Notes: generated by a model from the sequence alone, not told the origin. Positions 19,004-28,751 are shown, counted from the stretch's first letter. The stretch: 64,000 nucleotides of DNA from Eubacteriales bacterium (GCA_028704515.1 JAQWFH010000001.1:6769-70768), one strand, 5' to 3'. Translations and numbers: made by a program.

Positions 19004-20119
19004 TTATTCTTTATCAAGACCTTTATTATCATAAGTTTTTGCATTGTCTTTCGTTAATCCGGAGTCACCGCCCGATATTTTAACAGCTTCGCCTTCCTTT
19101 ATATATTGCTGGCCTGTAACAACTATTAAATCACCTTGCTTAAGCCCGGAAACTATTTCGACAATTTCCCCGTTATCTATGCCTGTAGTAACCTTTTTAT
19201 ACTTTGGTATATTATCCTTATCCAAAAGGACGACAATATTTTCGCCGGACTTTGTAATGACTGCATCGGATGGCACGCAAAGTGCACTTTTCGCTTCGTT
19301 GTCTTTCACCATTATTTCGGCAAACATTCCTGCCTTTATATCTCCCGAATCATCAATTACATCGATGGTAGCCGGGTAGGTAAGGGTTCCGTAGGCAGGA
19401 GCCGGGGAAATCTCGGATAAGATGCCCGTGTATGATTTATCTTTAAGAGAAGAGATTTTAATTTCAACCTGCTCGCCCTTTTCAATTTTTGTTGCAAGAT
19501 ATTCGGAAACAGTAATATCGATTATCAAGCTGTCTGTATTAGCAACAGAGGCAGCCATAGTTTGACCGGCCATGCTCCCAACAGTGACATTTAGTGAGGT
19601 GACATAGCCTGAAATCGGAGAGGTGACACTGTAATTTGCGTACATTTCTGAAGCGGAATTAAAGGATTCTCTTGCCGAAACAAAGCTGACATAAGATTGG
19701 TCCAGTGAAGATTTGCTTACAGCACCTGCCTCATAAAGAGTAGCCATGTTTGAATATGTAGTATTTGCAAGATCAAAGGCAGCCTTTGCCTGATTATAGC
19801 TTGAGACAACCTGGCTATTGTCTATTTGGAAAAGGACAGTTCCGGCACCCACATAGTCGCCGACTTTAACATAAACCCCGGTAACCTTGCCGGATGCCAA
19901 GGGGATTATCGCAACCTCATCCTTGGGAAGAATTCTGCCTGTAAGAGGAGTAGTCGAAGAAATATCTCGAAGCTCCGCGACACCGGTTTCTACAGTAACA
20001 GGTTCTTCCTTTTCTATATTAGGTGAAATGTTACTATATATAGCACTTCCTATACGAAACACTGTCGCCAGTAATAGTAAAATGACCACAACGCTGAGTA
20101 TTTTATGGTCTTTTGCCAT
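19004..20119 (-). CDS. Efflux RND periplasmic adaptor (membrane fusion protein, HlyD/AcrA-like)
   Basis: The start was moved to the ATG at 20119 (AAGAGGGAA RBS). It has a single N-terminal TM and lipoyl/beta-barrel-like segments (VKVGDYVGAGTVLFQID). Confidence 0.8.
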   Translation of the reverse strand: MAKDHKILSVVVILLLLATVFRIGSAIYSNISPNIEKEEPVTVETGVAELRDISSTTPLTGRILPKDEVAIIPLASGKVTGVYVKVGDYVGAGTVLFQIDNSQVVSSYNQAKAAFDLANTTYSNMATLYEAGAVSKSSLDQSYVSFVSARESFNSASEMYANYSVTSPISGYVTSLNVTVGSMAGQTMAASVANTDSLIIDITVSEYLATKIEKGEQVEIKISSLKDKSYTGILSEISPAPAYGTLTYPATIDVIDDSGDIKAGMFAEIMVKDNEAKSALCVPSDAVITKSGENIVVLLDKDNIPKYKKVTTGIDNGEIVEIVSGLKQGDLIVVTGQQYIKEGEAVKISGGDSGLTKDNAKTYDNKGLDKE

Positions 20120-20200
20120 TTTGATCCAGCGTTCCCTCTTATTCTCTTTTTCCAAAACAATACCTCCAAAACATAAAAAAATATAAGTCAATTATTATTT

Positions 20201-20255
20201 CCGACCAATTGGTCGGGTACTTATATATGATATTCGACCGAAGGGTCGGTGTCAA
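20201..20255 (-). promoter_or_regulatory. Promoter of the MFP-RND-TetR operon with two palindromic operators
   Basis: On the minus strand: TTGACA (20255-20250) - 17 nt - TATCAT (20232-20227). Operator 2, TCGACCGAAGGGTCGG (20234-20249), fills the spacer. Operator 1 is the perfect palindrome CCGACCAATTGGTCGG (20201-20216), just downstream of the -10. Confidence 0.6.
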
Positions 20256-20418
20256 GTTTTTAAATAGCATAATATGAGAATTACCTGTAAAATTTTATGA
20301 ATAAAATGTGGGATATGGTTATATTTGCATAAGTAAATACTGTGGGCGTATTATTGCGCACAATTTAAAAATACAATATAATATATATGTAAAATACATA
20401 AATATACGGAGAAAGATT

Positions 20419-21105
20419 ATGAAAAAACACTCTGCACTACTTACAAAAAAACAGGCCTTAGAAGTAATTGATATATTAGACAAGACGTACCCGGAAGCTG
20501 AGTGTGAATTGGATTTTGAGAATTTATTCCAATTATTGATTGCGGTAGTTCTGTCGGCTCAAACTACGGATAAAAGTGTCAATAAAGTCACACCGGAGCT
20601 TTTCAAAAGATATCCGGATGCATGTTCGATGTCTGAAGCAGGCCAGGGCAATGAAGCTGACGCAATAGAAGAGATTTCACAAATAATAAAAAGAATAGGC
20701 ATGTATAAGACCAAGGCTAAAAACATATTGGGTCTCAGCAAAATACTCTGCAATGAATATGGCGGTAAGGTTCCTGATAGGTATGATGAACTTATATTGC
20801 TGCCGGGTGTAGGACGAAAGACTGCAAATGTAGTTCTGTCCGTAGGCTTTGGCCAGCAGCGCATTGCGGTTGATACGCATGTATTTCGTGTATCAAACAG
20901 GATTGGCTTGGCGAACGAAAAAGACGTCCTCAAGACTGAAATGGCATTGATGGAGATTATTCCCGAGGAAAGATGGAGCGCAACACACCATAACCTTATA
21001 TTTCATGGTCGATATTGCTGTGATGCACGCAAACCAAAATGCTTTGAATGCTCAATATATGAGTTGTGTAAATGGGAACAGAAGGCTGAATATGGAGAAA
21101 ATTGA
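20419..21105 (+). CDS. nth: Endonuclease III (DNA glycosylase/AP lyase)
   Basis: The start was moved to 20419 (GGAGAAAG RBS). HhH-GPD motif (LPGVGRKTANVVL) and a C-terminal 4Fe-4S cluster loop C-x6-C-x2-C-x5-C. Confidence 0.9.
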   Translation: MKKHSALLTKKQALEVIDILDKTYPEAECELDFENLFQLLIAVVLSAQTTDKSVNKVTPELFKRYPDACSMSEAGQGNEADAIEEISQIIKRIGMYKTKAKNILGLSKILCNEYGGKVPDRYDELILLPGVGRKTANVVLSVGFGQQRIAVDTHVFRVSNRIGLANEKDVLKTEMALMEIIPEERWSATHHNLIFHGRYCCDARKPKCFECSIYELCKWEQKAEYGEN

Positions 21106-21119
21106 ACAGAAAAAAGAAG

Positions 21120-21165
21120 GAGGCAACCGGCGCTTTTAAAATCATCCGTTGCCTCTTTTGTTTTA
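21120..21165. terminator. Bidirectional terminator (nth / thiED)
   Basis: GAGGCAAC(C)GG ... CCGTTGCCTC stem, T-rich on the plus side and T6 on the minus side. Confidence 0.6.
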
Positions 21166-21210
21166 AACTATAGCACTAAATATAAAGAAGGGAAAATTAT
21201 TGCTCTTTTA

Positions 21211-22644
21211 TTACAATTTAATATTGTACGTATGCTCAAGAGGTCCGCTACCTTTTCCCAGATTTAGCTCGGCCTTAAGAGCGCCTGTAATATATGTCTT
21301 TGCTCTGCTTACACTATCGTAAAGGCTTCTTTCCTCGGCAAGCTCACATGCGATTGCCGAGGAAAGAGTGCAACCTGTTCCATGCGTATTTTCGTTTTCT
21401 ATTCGCTCACCCATGAGCCATTGAATTTTATTGTCAAAGTAAAGAAGGTCACAGGCGTCGTTTACAAGATGCCCTCCTTTTATGAGAACGGCACCCGGTA
21501 TTAACTTGGATATTACAGCCGCAGCTCTTTCCATATCGCTTGCATTTTTGATTTCAAAGCCACAGAGAACCTCGGCCTCCGGTATATTAGGTGTTATTAC
21601 AGTTCCGATAGGGAGAAGAGATTTTTTGAGCGTTTCTATCGCGTCGTCACAAAGAAGCTTGCTTCCACTCGTAGAAATCATTACCGGATCCACAACTATA
21701 TTTTTTGCGTTGTATTCCCTGAGCTTGCTTGATATAACCTCTATAATTTCGGCATTTGAAACCATACCTATTTTGACGGCGTCCGGACGAATATCTTTGA
21801 ATATACAATCGAGCTGCAGTGAAACAAACTCGGGTGAAGCATCCATAACGCCGTATACACCGGTGGTATTTTGAGCTGTAAGAGCTGTAATTGCACTCAT
21901 GGCATACATTTTGTGCGCGGTAATCGTCTTTATGTCTGCTTGTATCCCGGCGCCCCCGCTGCAATCAGAGCCTGCAATCGTAAGGATTTTTTTTATGAAA
22001 AGCATATCCTCAGTCTTGCTTCTTAGCTCACGGGTAGCCTGCTCAATATCCGGCGCAAAAAAGATGGCCGATATTACGGAAATTCCTGAAATTCCGGTGT
22101 TCGCAAGAAGGTTGAGGTTTTGCTCATTAATACCGCCGATTGCAACGACGGGGATATCGACTGCCCTACAAATACTGCGGAGAGTTTCATGTGAAAGCAC
22201 ATCTGCATCGTCCTTTGATGAAGTCGAAAACACAGCGCCTACTCCCAAATAATCTGCACCGCATTCTTGTGCAGCAACTGCCTGCTCTACGGTTTGGACA
22301 GAAACTCCGAGAATTTTATCTTTGCCGATTTTATTTCGGACAAGGCCTGCGGCCATATCGCTTTGACCGACATGTACTCCGTCCGCATCGCATGCGATTG
22401 CAATATCGATGTTATCGTTTATTACGAAGGGAACGTTGTAGGTTTTACACAATTCTTTTAATTCAAGAGCTTCAGCAAGGAAGGCCTCGTGGCCCAATTC
22501 CTTTTCTCGCAGCTGCAAAAATGTGGCGCCTCCTTTTAAGGCTTCCTCGGATTGCATTACAAGGGTCTTATCTACGGGGCGGCCTCTGTCGGTAACGGCA
22601 TACAGTAGCATAGAGTCTTTTATTTGTTTCTTACTTAATTTCAT
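21211..22644 (-). CDS. thiED: Bifunctional thiamine-phosphate synthase (ThiE, N-terminal) / hydroxymethylpyrimidine-phosphomethylpyrimidine kinase (ThiD, C-terminal)
   Basis: The N-terminal half has a ThiE pattern (LYAVTDR, LQLREK, GVHVGQ, GVGAVF). The C-terminal half has a ThiD pattern (ILTIAGSDCSGGAGIQADIKT, HGTGCTLSSAIA). Confidence 0.85.
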   Translation of the reverse strand: MKLSKKQIKDSMLLYAVTDRGRPVDKTLVMQSEEALKGGATFLQLREKELGHEAFLAEALELKELCKTYNVPFVINDNIDIAIACDADGVHVGQSDMAAGLVRNKIGKDKILGVSVQTVEQAVAAQECGADYLGVGAVFSTSSKDDADVLSHETLRSICRAVDIPVVAIGGINEQNLNLLANTGISGISVISAIFFAPDIEQATRELRSKTEDMLFIKKILTIAGSDCSGGAGIQADIKTITAHKMYAMSAITALTAQNTTGVYGVMDASPEFVSLQLDCIFKDIRPDAVKIGMVSNAEIIEVISSKLREYNAKNIVVDPVMISTSGSKLLCDDAIETLKKSLLPIGTVITPNIPEAEVLCGFEIKNASDMERAAAVISKLIPGAVLIKGGHLVNDACDLLYFDNKIQWLMGERIENENTHGTGCTLSSAIACELAEERSLYDSVSRAKTYITGALKAELNLGKGSGPLEHTYNIKL

Positions 22645-22662
22645 GACGGCACCTCCAAAATT

Positions 22663-23667
22663 CTATTTGTTCGAGTCAAGCAGATCTAAAACATATTTAG
22701 AAGCGTCGACTTTTTTCTTAACAATGCCATTGTCATACAGCCAATCAGCATTGTTCTGCCATACCGATAAATCCTGAGAGAGGAAAGGGGAATTCGAGGT
22801 TTCCATGAACGGTATTATTATTTCCGCACTCTTCATTTCAACTGTCTTCGAAAGAGGGAAATTTGCCTGGTCCTGGTTTGCAAGCAGGATATCAACGGTT
22901 TCCTCTGGATTTTCCTTCATATAGTTAAAGCCCTTTTGAACGCCTCTGAGGAACTTTTGGATTTTTGCCGGATTTTCCTCTGCATCTTTTGCATTTGCAA
23001 GGAAGATCAACTCATATGTCGCAGGGACGCCGAAGTCTGTAGGGTAGAAGTAATTAACGTCAAAGCCCTCCTCTTCAAGCTGCACGACTTCATGGTTAAC
23101 CATGCATCCTATGGTGGCGTCGACTTGGCCTGTAGTCATGGCCGGCATCAGATCCCAGCCGACATCGATCAGCGTAATATCATCCATTGTAAGACCTGCT
23201 GTTTCCAAGCAAGTTTTAATTTGTGCTTCCGCAAGCGGGTTGCTGGAATAGCCGACAGTCTTGCCTTTGAGGTCAGCGGGACCTTTTATCCCATCATCGC
23301 CTAAAGAAATAACTACATTCAACGATTTCTGTATAATGCTACCGACTGAAACGACGGGGATATCCTCATTTATCATCGCCTCAAGGCTGTCTGAAAGATA
23401 GTATATACCTATGTCAGTCTTGCCGGCAGCAGGCATGGAAATCCCGTCACTTGTTCCGGCAGGGAAGTTCACCTTTACATTGAGACCTTCTTCTTCAAAA
23501 TACCCCTTTTCAATAGCGGTGTAAATATATCCGTGTGCGGCATTCGGATACCATTCGAGCACAACCTCAAAATCCTCTAAATCCGAGTTGCCTGAATTAC
23601 TGCCGCAAGAACTGAGTCCCAAAAGCATAACAAATGTTAAAATTAAAGCTAAAATTTTCTTATTCAT
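22663..23667 (-). CDS. NMT1/THI5-like ABC substrate-binding lipoprotein (ThiY-like, HMP/pyrimidine precursor)
   Basis: The start was moved to the ATG at 23667 (GGAGAAAGGAAA RBS). The longer ORF would overlap the permease. Lipobox LSSCGS. Confidence 0.75.
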   Translation of the reverse strand: MNKKILALILTFVMLLGLSSCGSNSGNSDLEDFEVVLEWYPNAAHGYIYTAIEKGYFEEEGLNVKVNFPAGTSDGISMPAAGKTDIGIYYLSDSLEAMINEDIPVVSVGSIIQKSLNVVISLGDDGIKGPADLKGKTVGYSSNPLAEAQIKTCLETAGLTMDDITLIDVGWDLMPAMTTGQVDATIGCMVNHEVVQLEEEGFDVNYFYPTDFGVPATYELIFLANAKDAEENPAKIQKFLRGVQKGFNYMKENPEETVDILLANQDQANFPLSKTVEMKSAEIIIPFMETSNSPFLSQDLSVWQNNADWLYDNGIVKKKVDASKYVLDLLDSNK

Positions 23668-23669
23668 GT

Positions 23670-24413
23670 TTAAATTTCCTTTCTCCACTTTATGGCTTTG
23701 TTTTCTATGATACTTACTAAAGCTACTGCGAGCATTGCAGCTATTGAGAGAATCACAATAGGAGCAAAGACTCCAGGGCCGTTTAGCTGTGTCATCATTC
23801 TTTTGCTGAAATATCCCAGACCACTTTGTGCACCGAGCCACTCTGCTATTGCAGCCCCGATTACACTCAACGGAATTGCCATCTTTATTGACGAAAAAAA
23901 GCTGGGCAACGCTGTCGGTATCTTAAGCTTTATAAATATATCTTTCTTAGAAGCCCCGTAAGTCATGAGGAGCTCTTCCATTTCGCGCTTTGAGGATTTA
24001 AAACCGTCAAACACGGAAATAGTTATGGGAAAGAATGTCATAAGAACTGTTACGAGGATTTTGCTCCACGCCGTATATCCAAACCATAGCACGAAAAGAG
24101 GCGCAATGGCTGTTGTAGGTATGGTCTGTGATGCAATTACAATCGGGTAGACTGTTCTATGCACGGATGGAAATACATCCATAAGCACCGCAAGGGTCAA
24201 GCCCAGCACTACCGAAATTGAAAGACCCACAAAAGTCACATACATAGTTGACGGCAGATGTACCGTAAATAAGGCGGTACGCAGCTCTATGATTTCATAA
24301 ACTATCTCTATAGGCGAGGGAAGGATGTAAGGGGCATCTATTAGCATTGCTATCAGCTGCCACAGTAGCAATAGCCCCATTCCGAGAAATATAGGAGGAA
24401 TATATTTTTTCAT
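23670..24413 (-). CDS. ABC transporter permease (ThiX-like)
   Basis: 247 aa, 6-TM BPD_transp_1-like with an EAA-type loop. Lies between the ATPase and SBP genes. Confidence 0.8.
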   Translation of the reverse strand: MKKYIPPIFLGMGLLLLWQLIAMLIDAPYILPSPIEIVYEIIELRTALFTVHLPSTMYVTFVGLSISVVLGLTLAVLMDVFPSVHRTVYPIVIASQTIPTTAIAPLFVLWFGYTAWSKILVTVLMTFFPITISVFDGFKSSKREMEELLMTYGASKKDIFIKLKIPTALPSFFSSIKMAIPLSVIGAAIAEWLGAQSGLGYFSKRMMTQLNGPGVFAPIVILSIAAMLAVALVSIIENKAIKWRKEI

Positions 24414-25162
24414 TTCACCCTCTCCTTTCTGAGGCTTTCAAAAAGTTTTTCGCGAAGCTCGATGATAGGCTGGGTTGCAAGGTCTTCCCTACGTCTGGGA
24501 TAGGGGAGAGGAACAGAAATCTCGTCCATCGAACGGAACGGAACGGATCGTATTACAAATATAGTCTTTGATAAAAATATTGCTTCCTCCACATCGTGTG
24601 TAATAAACAAAATGCTTTTGTTGTAGTGCTCCCATTGCTGGAGGAGCCATTCCTGCATATTTATTTTTGTTAGATAGTCCAAAGCACTGAACGGTTCGTC
24701 GAGGAGGAGCATATCGGCTCCGGCAAGCAGAGTTCGGGCAAATGATACACGCTGGCGCATACCTCCAGACAACTCGTGGGGCATCTTATCTGCATAATCC
24801 GTAAGCCCTGCATTTTTAAGCACATCCAAACAACGAGATTTACGTTCCGATTTCGGGATTCGCGCAAGCTCCATAGGCAGGCATACATTCTTCCTTACAC
24901 TGTGCCACGGGAAAAGAAGATCCTTTTGAGGCATAAATGAGCTGTAGTTATGAAGCTTTTCTATAGGTGTATCATCAATCGTGATACTGCCTTTCTCCGG
25001 CTTTTCCAGACCGTTAATCAGACGAAAAATTGTGCTTTTCCCGCAGCCACTGGCTCCTATTATAGAAATAAAATCGCCCTGAGCTACCGAAAAGCTTAAA
25101 TTCTCCATTATAGGCCCGATATCTCCGGGATACGTAAATGAAACATTATTAAATGAAAGCAT
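24410..25162 (-). CDS. ABC transporter ATP-binding protein (ThiZ-like)
   Basis: Walker A GASGCGKST, signature LSGGMRQR and Walker B LLLDEPFSALD. The start at 25162 (MLSFNNVSF) sits just after the tenA stop. Confidence 0.85.
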   Translation of the reverse strand: MLSFNNVSFTYPGDIGPIMENLSFSVAQGDFISIIGASGCGKSTIFRLINGLEKPEKGSITIDDTPIEKLHNYSSFMPQKDLLFPWHSVRKNVCLPMELARIPKSERKSRCLDVLKNAGLTDYADKMPHELSGGMRQRVSFARTLLAGADMLLLDEPFSALDYLTKINMQEWLLQQWEHYNKSILFITHDVEEAIFLSKTIFVIRSVPFRSMDEISVPLPYPRRREDLATQPIIELREKLFESLRKERVK

Positions 25163-25164
25163 AT

Positions 25165-25827
25165 TCACATCTCCATTGATAAAGACATATCCCAAAAGCC
25201 ATACTCGAAGCGGCAGCAGTTTAAGAATAGCTCGGAAAGCTCCTGCGCTCTTTCAGCGGATATGTTTTTCCCATAGTTGTTTGTGAGATTAATGAGGTCG
25301 TTTGCCGATGATACAAATGCTTCGGAGGAATAGTCTCTTACCCATTGCCCATAGAAAGGATGATCCACTGATGTCGAATTCCTTCTGACTATTTCCGCTG
25401 CAATCGCCGCATAGCTCCATGCACATGCCAATATAGCGGTAAGGGCATAAAGAGCATCTCCTGCGGAGGCCTTGTCTATCATGTATGATGTATAAGCTTG
25501 GTTATGGATAGATCTTTTGGTTTTTTTTATTTCGTCCTCCGTAATACCGAGGGAAGCCATGTAAGATTTATGTGTATCCATCTCAATGTCCAGCGTAACA
25601 TGTATACTCATTGCAAACTTTCTTTGAAGAAATTCATCCTTCGACTTGACGAGGCCTATAGCAAACACCTTAGAGTATTCGAGGAGATACAAATAGTCCT
25701 GAATCATATAGAAACGAAATTTTTCCTTATCCAGAGTGCCGTCGCCCAAGGCCTTTACAAAAGGATGGTCGTGAAAGCTTTCCCATACTTCCTTTGAGTC
25801 TTGGTAGAATCTTTCAGTAAGTAACAT
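25165..25827 (-). CDS. tenA: Thiaminase II / aminopyrimidine aminohydrolase TenA
   Basis: 220 aa with a TenA/heme-oxygenase-like pattern (HPF..ALGDGTL..EKFRFYMIQDYLYL). It is the first gene after the TPP riboswitch. Confidence 0.85.
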   Translation of the reverse strand: MLLTERFYQDSKEVWESFHDHPFVKALGDGTLDKEKFRFYMIQDYLYLLEYSKVFAIGLVKSKDEFLQRKFAMSIHVTLDIEMDTHKSYMASLGITEDEIKKTKRSIHNQAYTSYMIDKASAGDALYALTAILACAWSYAAIAAEIVRRNSTSVDHPFYGQWVRDYSSEAFVSSANDLINLTNNYGKNISAERAQELSELFLNCCRFEYGFWDMSLSMEM

Positions 25828-25861
25828 TTTTTTAAACCTCCGATTATTTAGTCTATGACAA

Positions 25862-26008
25862 TATAAAAAGGGAACCGTGAAAGGCTCCCTTAAGTTATTT
25901 TATTTTGAAAATGATATTTGAGTCTTCCTACGGTGGCATTATCCACATCAGGTGTAAGGGTCGAAAATTATTCCTCTCAGCCTACAACTTGCAAGCTCCC
26001 CCGTCCCT
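25862..26008 (-). promoter_or_regulatory. TPP (THI-box) riboswitch with expression-platform terminator
   Basis: The minus strand reads GGGGGAGC..GGCTGAGAGG..ACCCTTACACCTGATGTGGATAATGCCACCGTAGGAAG, which matches the THI element core (CUGAGA, ACCUGAU, GGAUAAUGCC, CGUAGGGAA). It is followed by the hairpin GGGAGCC-TTTCAC-GGTTCCC plus T5 (25889-25865). Confidence 0.85.
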
Positions 26009-26050
26009 ATTAAATTGTCAAATAAATTATATTACACAAAACGAAATGTG

Positions 26051-26620
26051 TCAACAGGGATAAACGGTTTTCATTACAGTACCTCTTTTTATCCTGTCAT
26101 TGCTATCAAAGACTACCAGGTCATATATGAGGCGATCTCGCATGAGATGTGTCCATACAGTGTATGTGGCTTTGATAAAATCCGGCTCTAAAGGATACCT
26201 ATCGGGCTCTTCGGTAAGAGGGCAGCTGTAAGGTAGACTCTCATCATTCAATATAAGCACAAGGCGACCATCCTCGGTCATATGAGGCGCCAAAGGAAAA
26301 AAACGACATTGCAGAGGCCGCATTTCTCTCGGACAAGTTGGAGGGGTCTTACAGCGTACGAAAAACAAATCACCGAACCATGAATCGGGAAAGTCATAAA
26401 AAAGAGCTTCCTCGCACGTCCAACGCAGCCATTCCTCATCGCCGTTAAAAACCTTTTCCTCACCGGGAAGGAGATATATACCAAAATCATCGTCCTCGAT
26501 GTCACCGTAAGTGCAGCATCTGGATTTACACAGAGTGCCGCAGTCAAAATTGACGGGGGAAACTCTGTCAAGAAGACGATAAATTGCTTTATAGGTTGAT
26601 TTTTTAATCGAACTTTTCAT
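26051..26620 (-). CDS. Cys-rich YkgJ/UPF0153-like putative Fe-S or zinc-binding protein
   Basis: N-terminal DCGTLCKSRCC cluster and a later RPLQCRFFP motif. Both resemble the CxxCxxCC family, recalled from memory. Confidence 0.5.
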   Translation of the reverse strand: MKSSIKKSTYKAIYRLLDRVSPVNFDCGTLCKSRCCTYGDIEDDDFGIYLLPGEEKVFNGDEEWLRWTCEEALFYDFPDSWFGDLFFVRCKTPPTCPREMRPLQCRFFPLAPHMTEDGRLVLILNDESLPYSCPLTEEPDRYPLEPDFIKATYTVWTHLMRDRLIYDLVVFDSNDRIKRGTVMKTVYPC

Positions 26621-26629
26621 ATAATGATA

Positions 26630-27127
26630 TCAGTTTGCGCCGCAGCATTTTTTATATTTTTTACCGGAACCGCATGGGCAAGGATCGTTTCTGCCCGGAA
26701 GCTTTTCCTTGACAACAGTCCTTGAACGTCTCCAATCATCGGCAATTTCTTGCTGCTTTTCTTCCGATAAAATACTGTCCCATTCTTCAATACAGAAGAG
26801 ATAGTCGGCCTCTGCATCTATCATGTTGTAGAACAGGGCTTCCCAAATAATATCCATTTCCAGTTTACTATCGTTGGTAATTGTATCCAAATCCATAGAA
26901 TTTTCAATGCTAGTTTGAATGCCGTCAAGCCAACCCATAAAAATAAGGGGGTCTACGTCGTATTTTTTTACAAGATCATCAAAGGTTCCCTCGACATGAG
27001 GATTCTGTTTGGAAATTATATCGCGATATATCTTGGTCTCGGTGGAGCTATATATGTCCCAAAACTTTTCAAATGTATCATCCGTTTGGTTTTCTGCAAG
27101 CTTTAACCAGTTTTTATATAATGACAT
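26630..27127 (-). CDS. SEC-C motif domain protein
   Basis: C-terminal [17 protein letters not shown] metal-binding SEC-C motif. Confidence 0.7.
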   Translation of the reverse strand: MSLYKNWLKLAENQTDDTFEKFWDIYSSTETKIYRDIISKQNPHVEGTFDDLVKKYDVDPLIFMGWLDGIQTSIENSMDLDTITNDSKLEMDIIWEALFYNMIDAEADYLFCIEEWDSILSEEKQQEIADDWRRSRTVVKEKLPGRNDPCPCGSGKKYKKCCGAN

Positions 27128-27154
27128 ACTTTATTTACCTTTCATTCAAGTGTA

Positions 27155-28123
27155 TTATTTGATTTTTTTAGCTATCTGCATTATATCGCCTACAACAGCA
27201 CTTCCCGTAGGAACAGATCCCGCGCCCTTACCATAGAACATGAGCTCACCGGCTGCATTTCCTGTAAGGAAAATAGCGTTAAATTCGTTACTTACTCCTG
27301 CAAGAGGATGCGTAACAGGAATGAATTCGGGTTTTACACTATATTTTAGCTTGCCGTTTTTCTTCTCGGCGCGAGCGATCAGTTTGATTTTGCAGTCCTG
27401 CTTCGTAGCCAATTCTAAGTCGTCCTTTTCGATCTTAGTAATTCCCACGGTAGGAATGTCGCTAGGCTTTACATATTCATCGAATGCGAGTGCCATAAGT
27501 ATGGAAAGCTTATTTGCAACATCATGACCTTCCACATCGGCGGTCGGATCAGCTTCTGCGAAGCCCTTTGCCTGAGCATCCTTAAGAACGTCGGCGTATT
27601 CCAGTCCCAAATCACCCATTTGAGTCAATATATAGTTTGTTGTACCGTTTAAAATGCCAAGAATTTCAAGGAATTCATTGCCCTGAAGAACTGTAGAAAT
27701 TGAATTGAGCACAGGGATTGCTCCGCCTACTGCTGCTTCGAAGAAAAACTCAACGTTGTTTTTCTTTGCAGTTTCCATAAGTTCTTCGTAACCAGCCGCA
27801 ACGGCTGCTTTGTTCGGTGTAACTACATGCTTTCCGTTATTCATTGCATCAAGCATAAATGTTGTTGCCGGTTCTATTCCCCCGATAGCTTCTACAACTA
27901 TGTCAATATCGGGATTGCGCAGTACCTCATCGGGATATTGCGTTAAATAGTCGTCAGTCAGACCCATCTGATAAGCTCTGTCAAAATTCTGATCGAGGAC
28001 CTTTGTAATTTTGATATTTACGCCTGCTGATTTTGAAATGCGCTCAGCATTCATCTCCAGTATCTTGTAGGTTCCGCATCCCACAGTGCCCATACCCAAA
28101 AGGCCAACATTTACAGTTTTCAT
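27155..28123 (-). CDS. hom: Homoserine dehydrogenase (short form, no C-terminal ACT domain)
   Basis: The start was moved to 28123 (GGAGGT RBS). NAD-binding GLLGMGTVG and a catalytic-domain pattern (GILNGTTNYILT, EADPT.DVEG.D.A.KL.IL). Confidence 0.85.
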   Translation of the reverse strand: MKTVNVGLLGMGTVGCGTYKILEMNAERISKSAGVNIKITKVLDQNFDRAYQMGLTDDYLTQYPDEVLRNPDIDIVVEAIGGIEPATTFMLDAMNNGKHVVTPNKAAVAAGYEELMETAKKNNVEFFFEAAVGGAIPVLNSISTVLQGNEFLEILGILNGTTNYILTQMGDLGLEYADVLKDAQAKGFAEADPTADVEGHDVANKLSILMALAFDEYVKPSDIPTVGITKIEKDDLELATKQDCKIKLIARAEKKNGKLKYSVKPEFIPVTHPLAGVSNEFNAIFLTGNAAGELMFYGKGAGSVPTGSAVVGDIMQIAKKIK

Positions 28124-28268
28124 TTGTACCTCCATATTTTTAAGCATTGTCAAGCTTAATTACTTTATCGGACTAGTATATAACAAATTGGCTGGTTTGT
28201 CTTTAAAAATAAGAAAAAATCAATTATAATAACAAATACAGAATAAAAAAAATATGAAAGGTGAAAAA

Positions 28269-28751
28269 ATGTCAATACATATCGTTTTGGTTGAGCCCGA
28301 AATACCCCCGAATACGGGAAACATCGCAAGAAGTTGCGCAGCAACGGGCAGTGTCCTGCATTTGGTAAAGCCTTTGGGATTTTCTATTGATGACAAAAGC
28401 TTAAAAAGAGCCGGGCTTGATTATTGGCCCTTTGTAAAGCTGGAGGTACATGAAAGTTTAGAAGAGTTTTTTGAAATATACGGAGAAGCTGTGACAAATA
28501 AATCCATGTATTTTGCGACAACAAAAGGCGGCAGACTCTACACGGACGTTGAATTTAAAGATGGTGACATGATTTTATTCGGACGCGAGACGGCGGGTCT
28601 ACCTAAAGAATTGATAGAAAAAAACAAAGATCACACCTTAAGAATACCGATGATTGGAGATGTTCGGTTGAGATCTTTAAATCTTTCCAACTCGGTAAAT
28701 ATCATTTTATTTGAAGCACTCAGGCAAATTGGTTTTCCAAAATTAGAATAA
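28269..28751 (+). CDS. trmL: tRNA (cytidine/uridine-34 2'-O)-methyltransferase, SpoU/TrmL family
   Basis: IVLVEPEIPPNTGNIARSCAATG and a C-terminal SLNLSNSV knot motif. Start at 28269 with AAAGGTGA RBS. Confidence 0.85.
   Translation: MSIHIVLVEPEIPPNTGNIARSCAATGSVLHLVKPLGFSIDDKSLKRAGLDYWPFVKLEVHESLEEFFEIYGEAVTNKSMYFATTKGGRLYTDVEFKDGDMILFGRETAGLPKELIEKNKDHTLRIPMIGDVRLRSLNLSNSVNIILFEALRQIGFPKLE

Noticed and set aside
23668-23841. N-terminal 58-aa extension of the ThiY-like ORF (ORF-track start at 23841)
   Set aside because: The extension overlaps the upstream permease coding region. The internal ATG at 23667 has a strong RBS and starts a canonical lipoprotein signal peptide.
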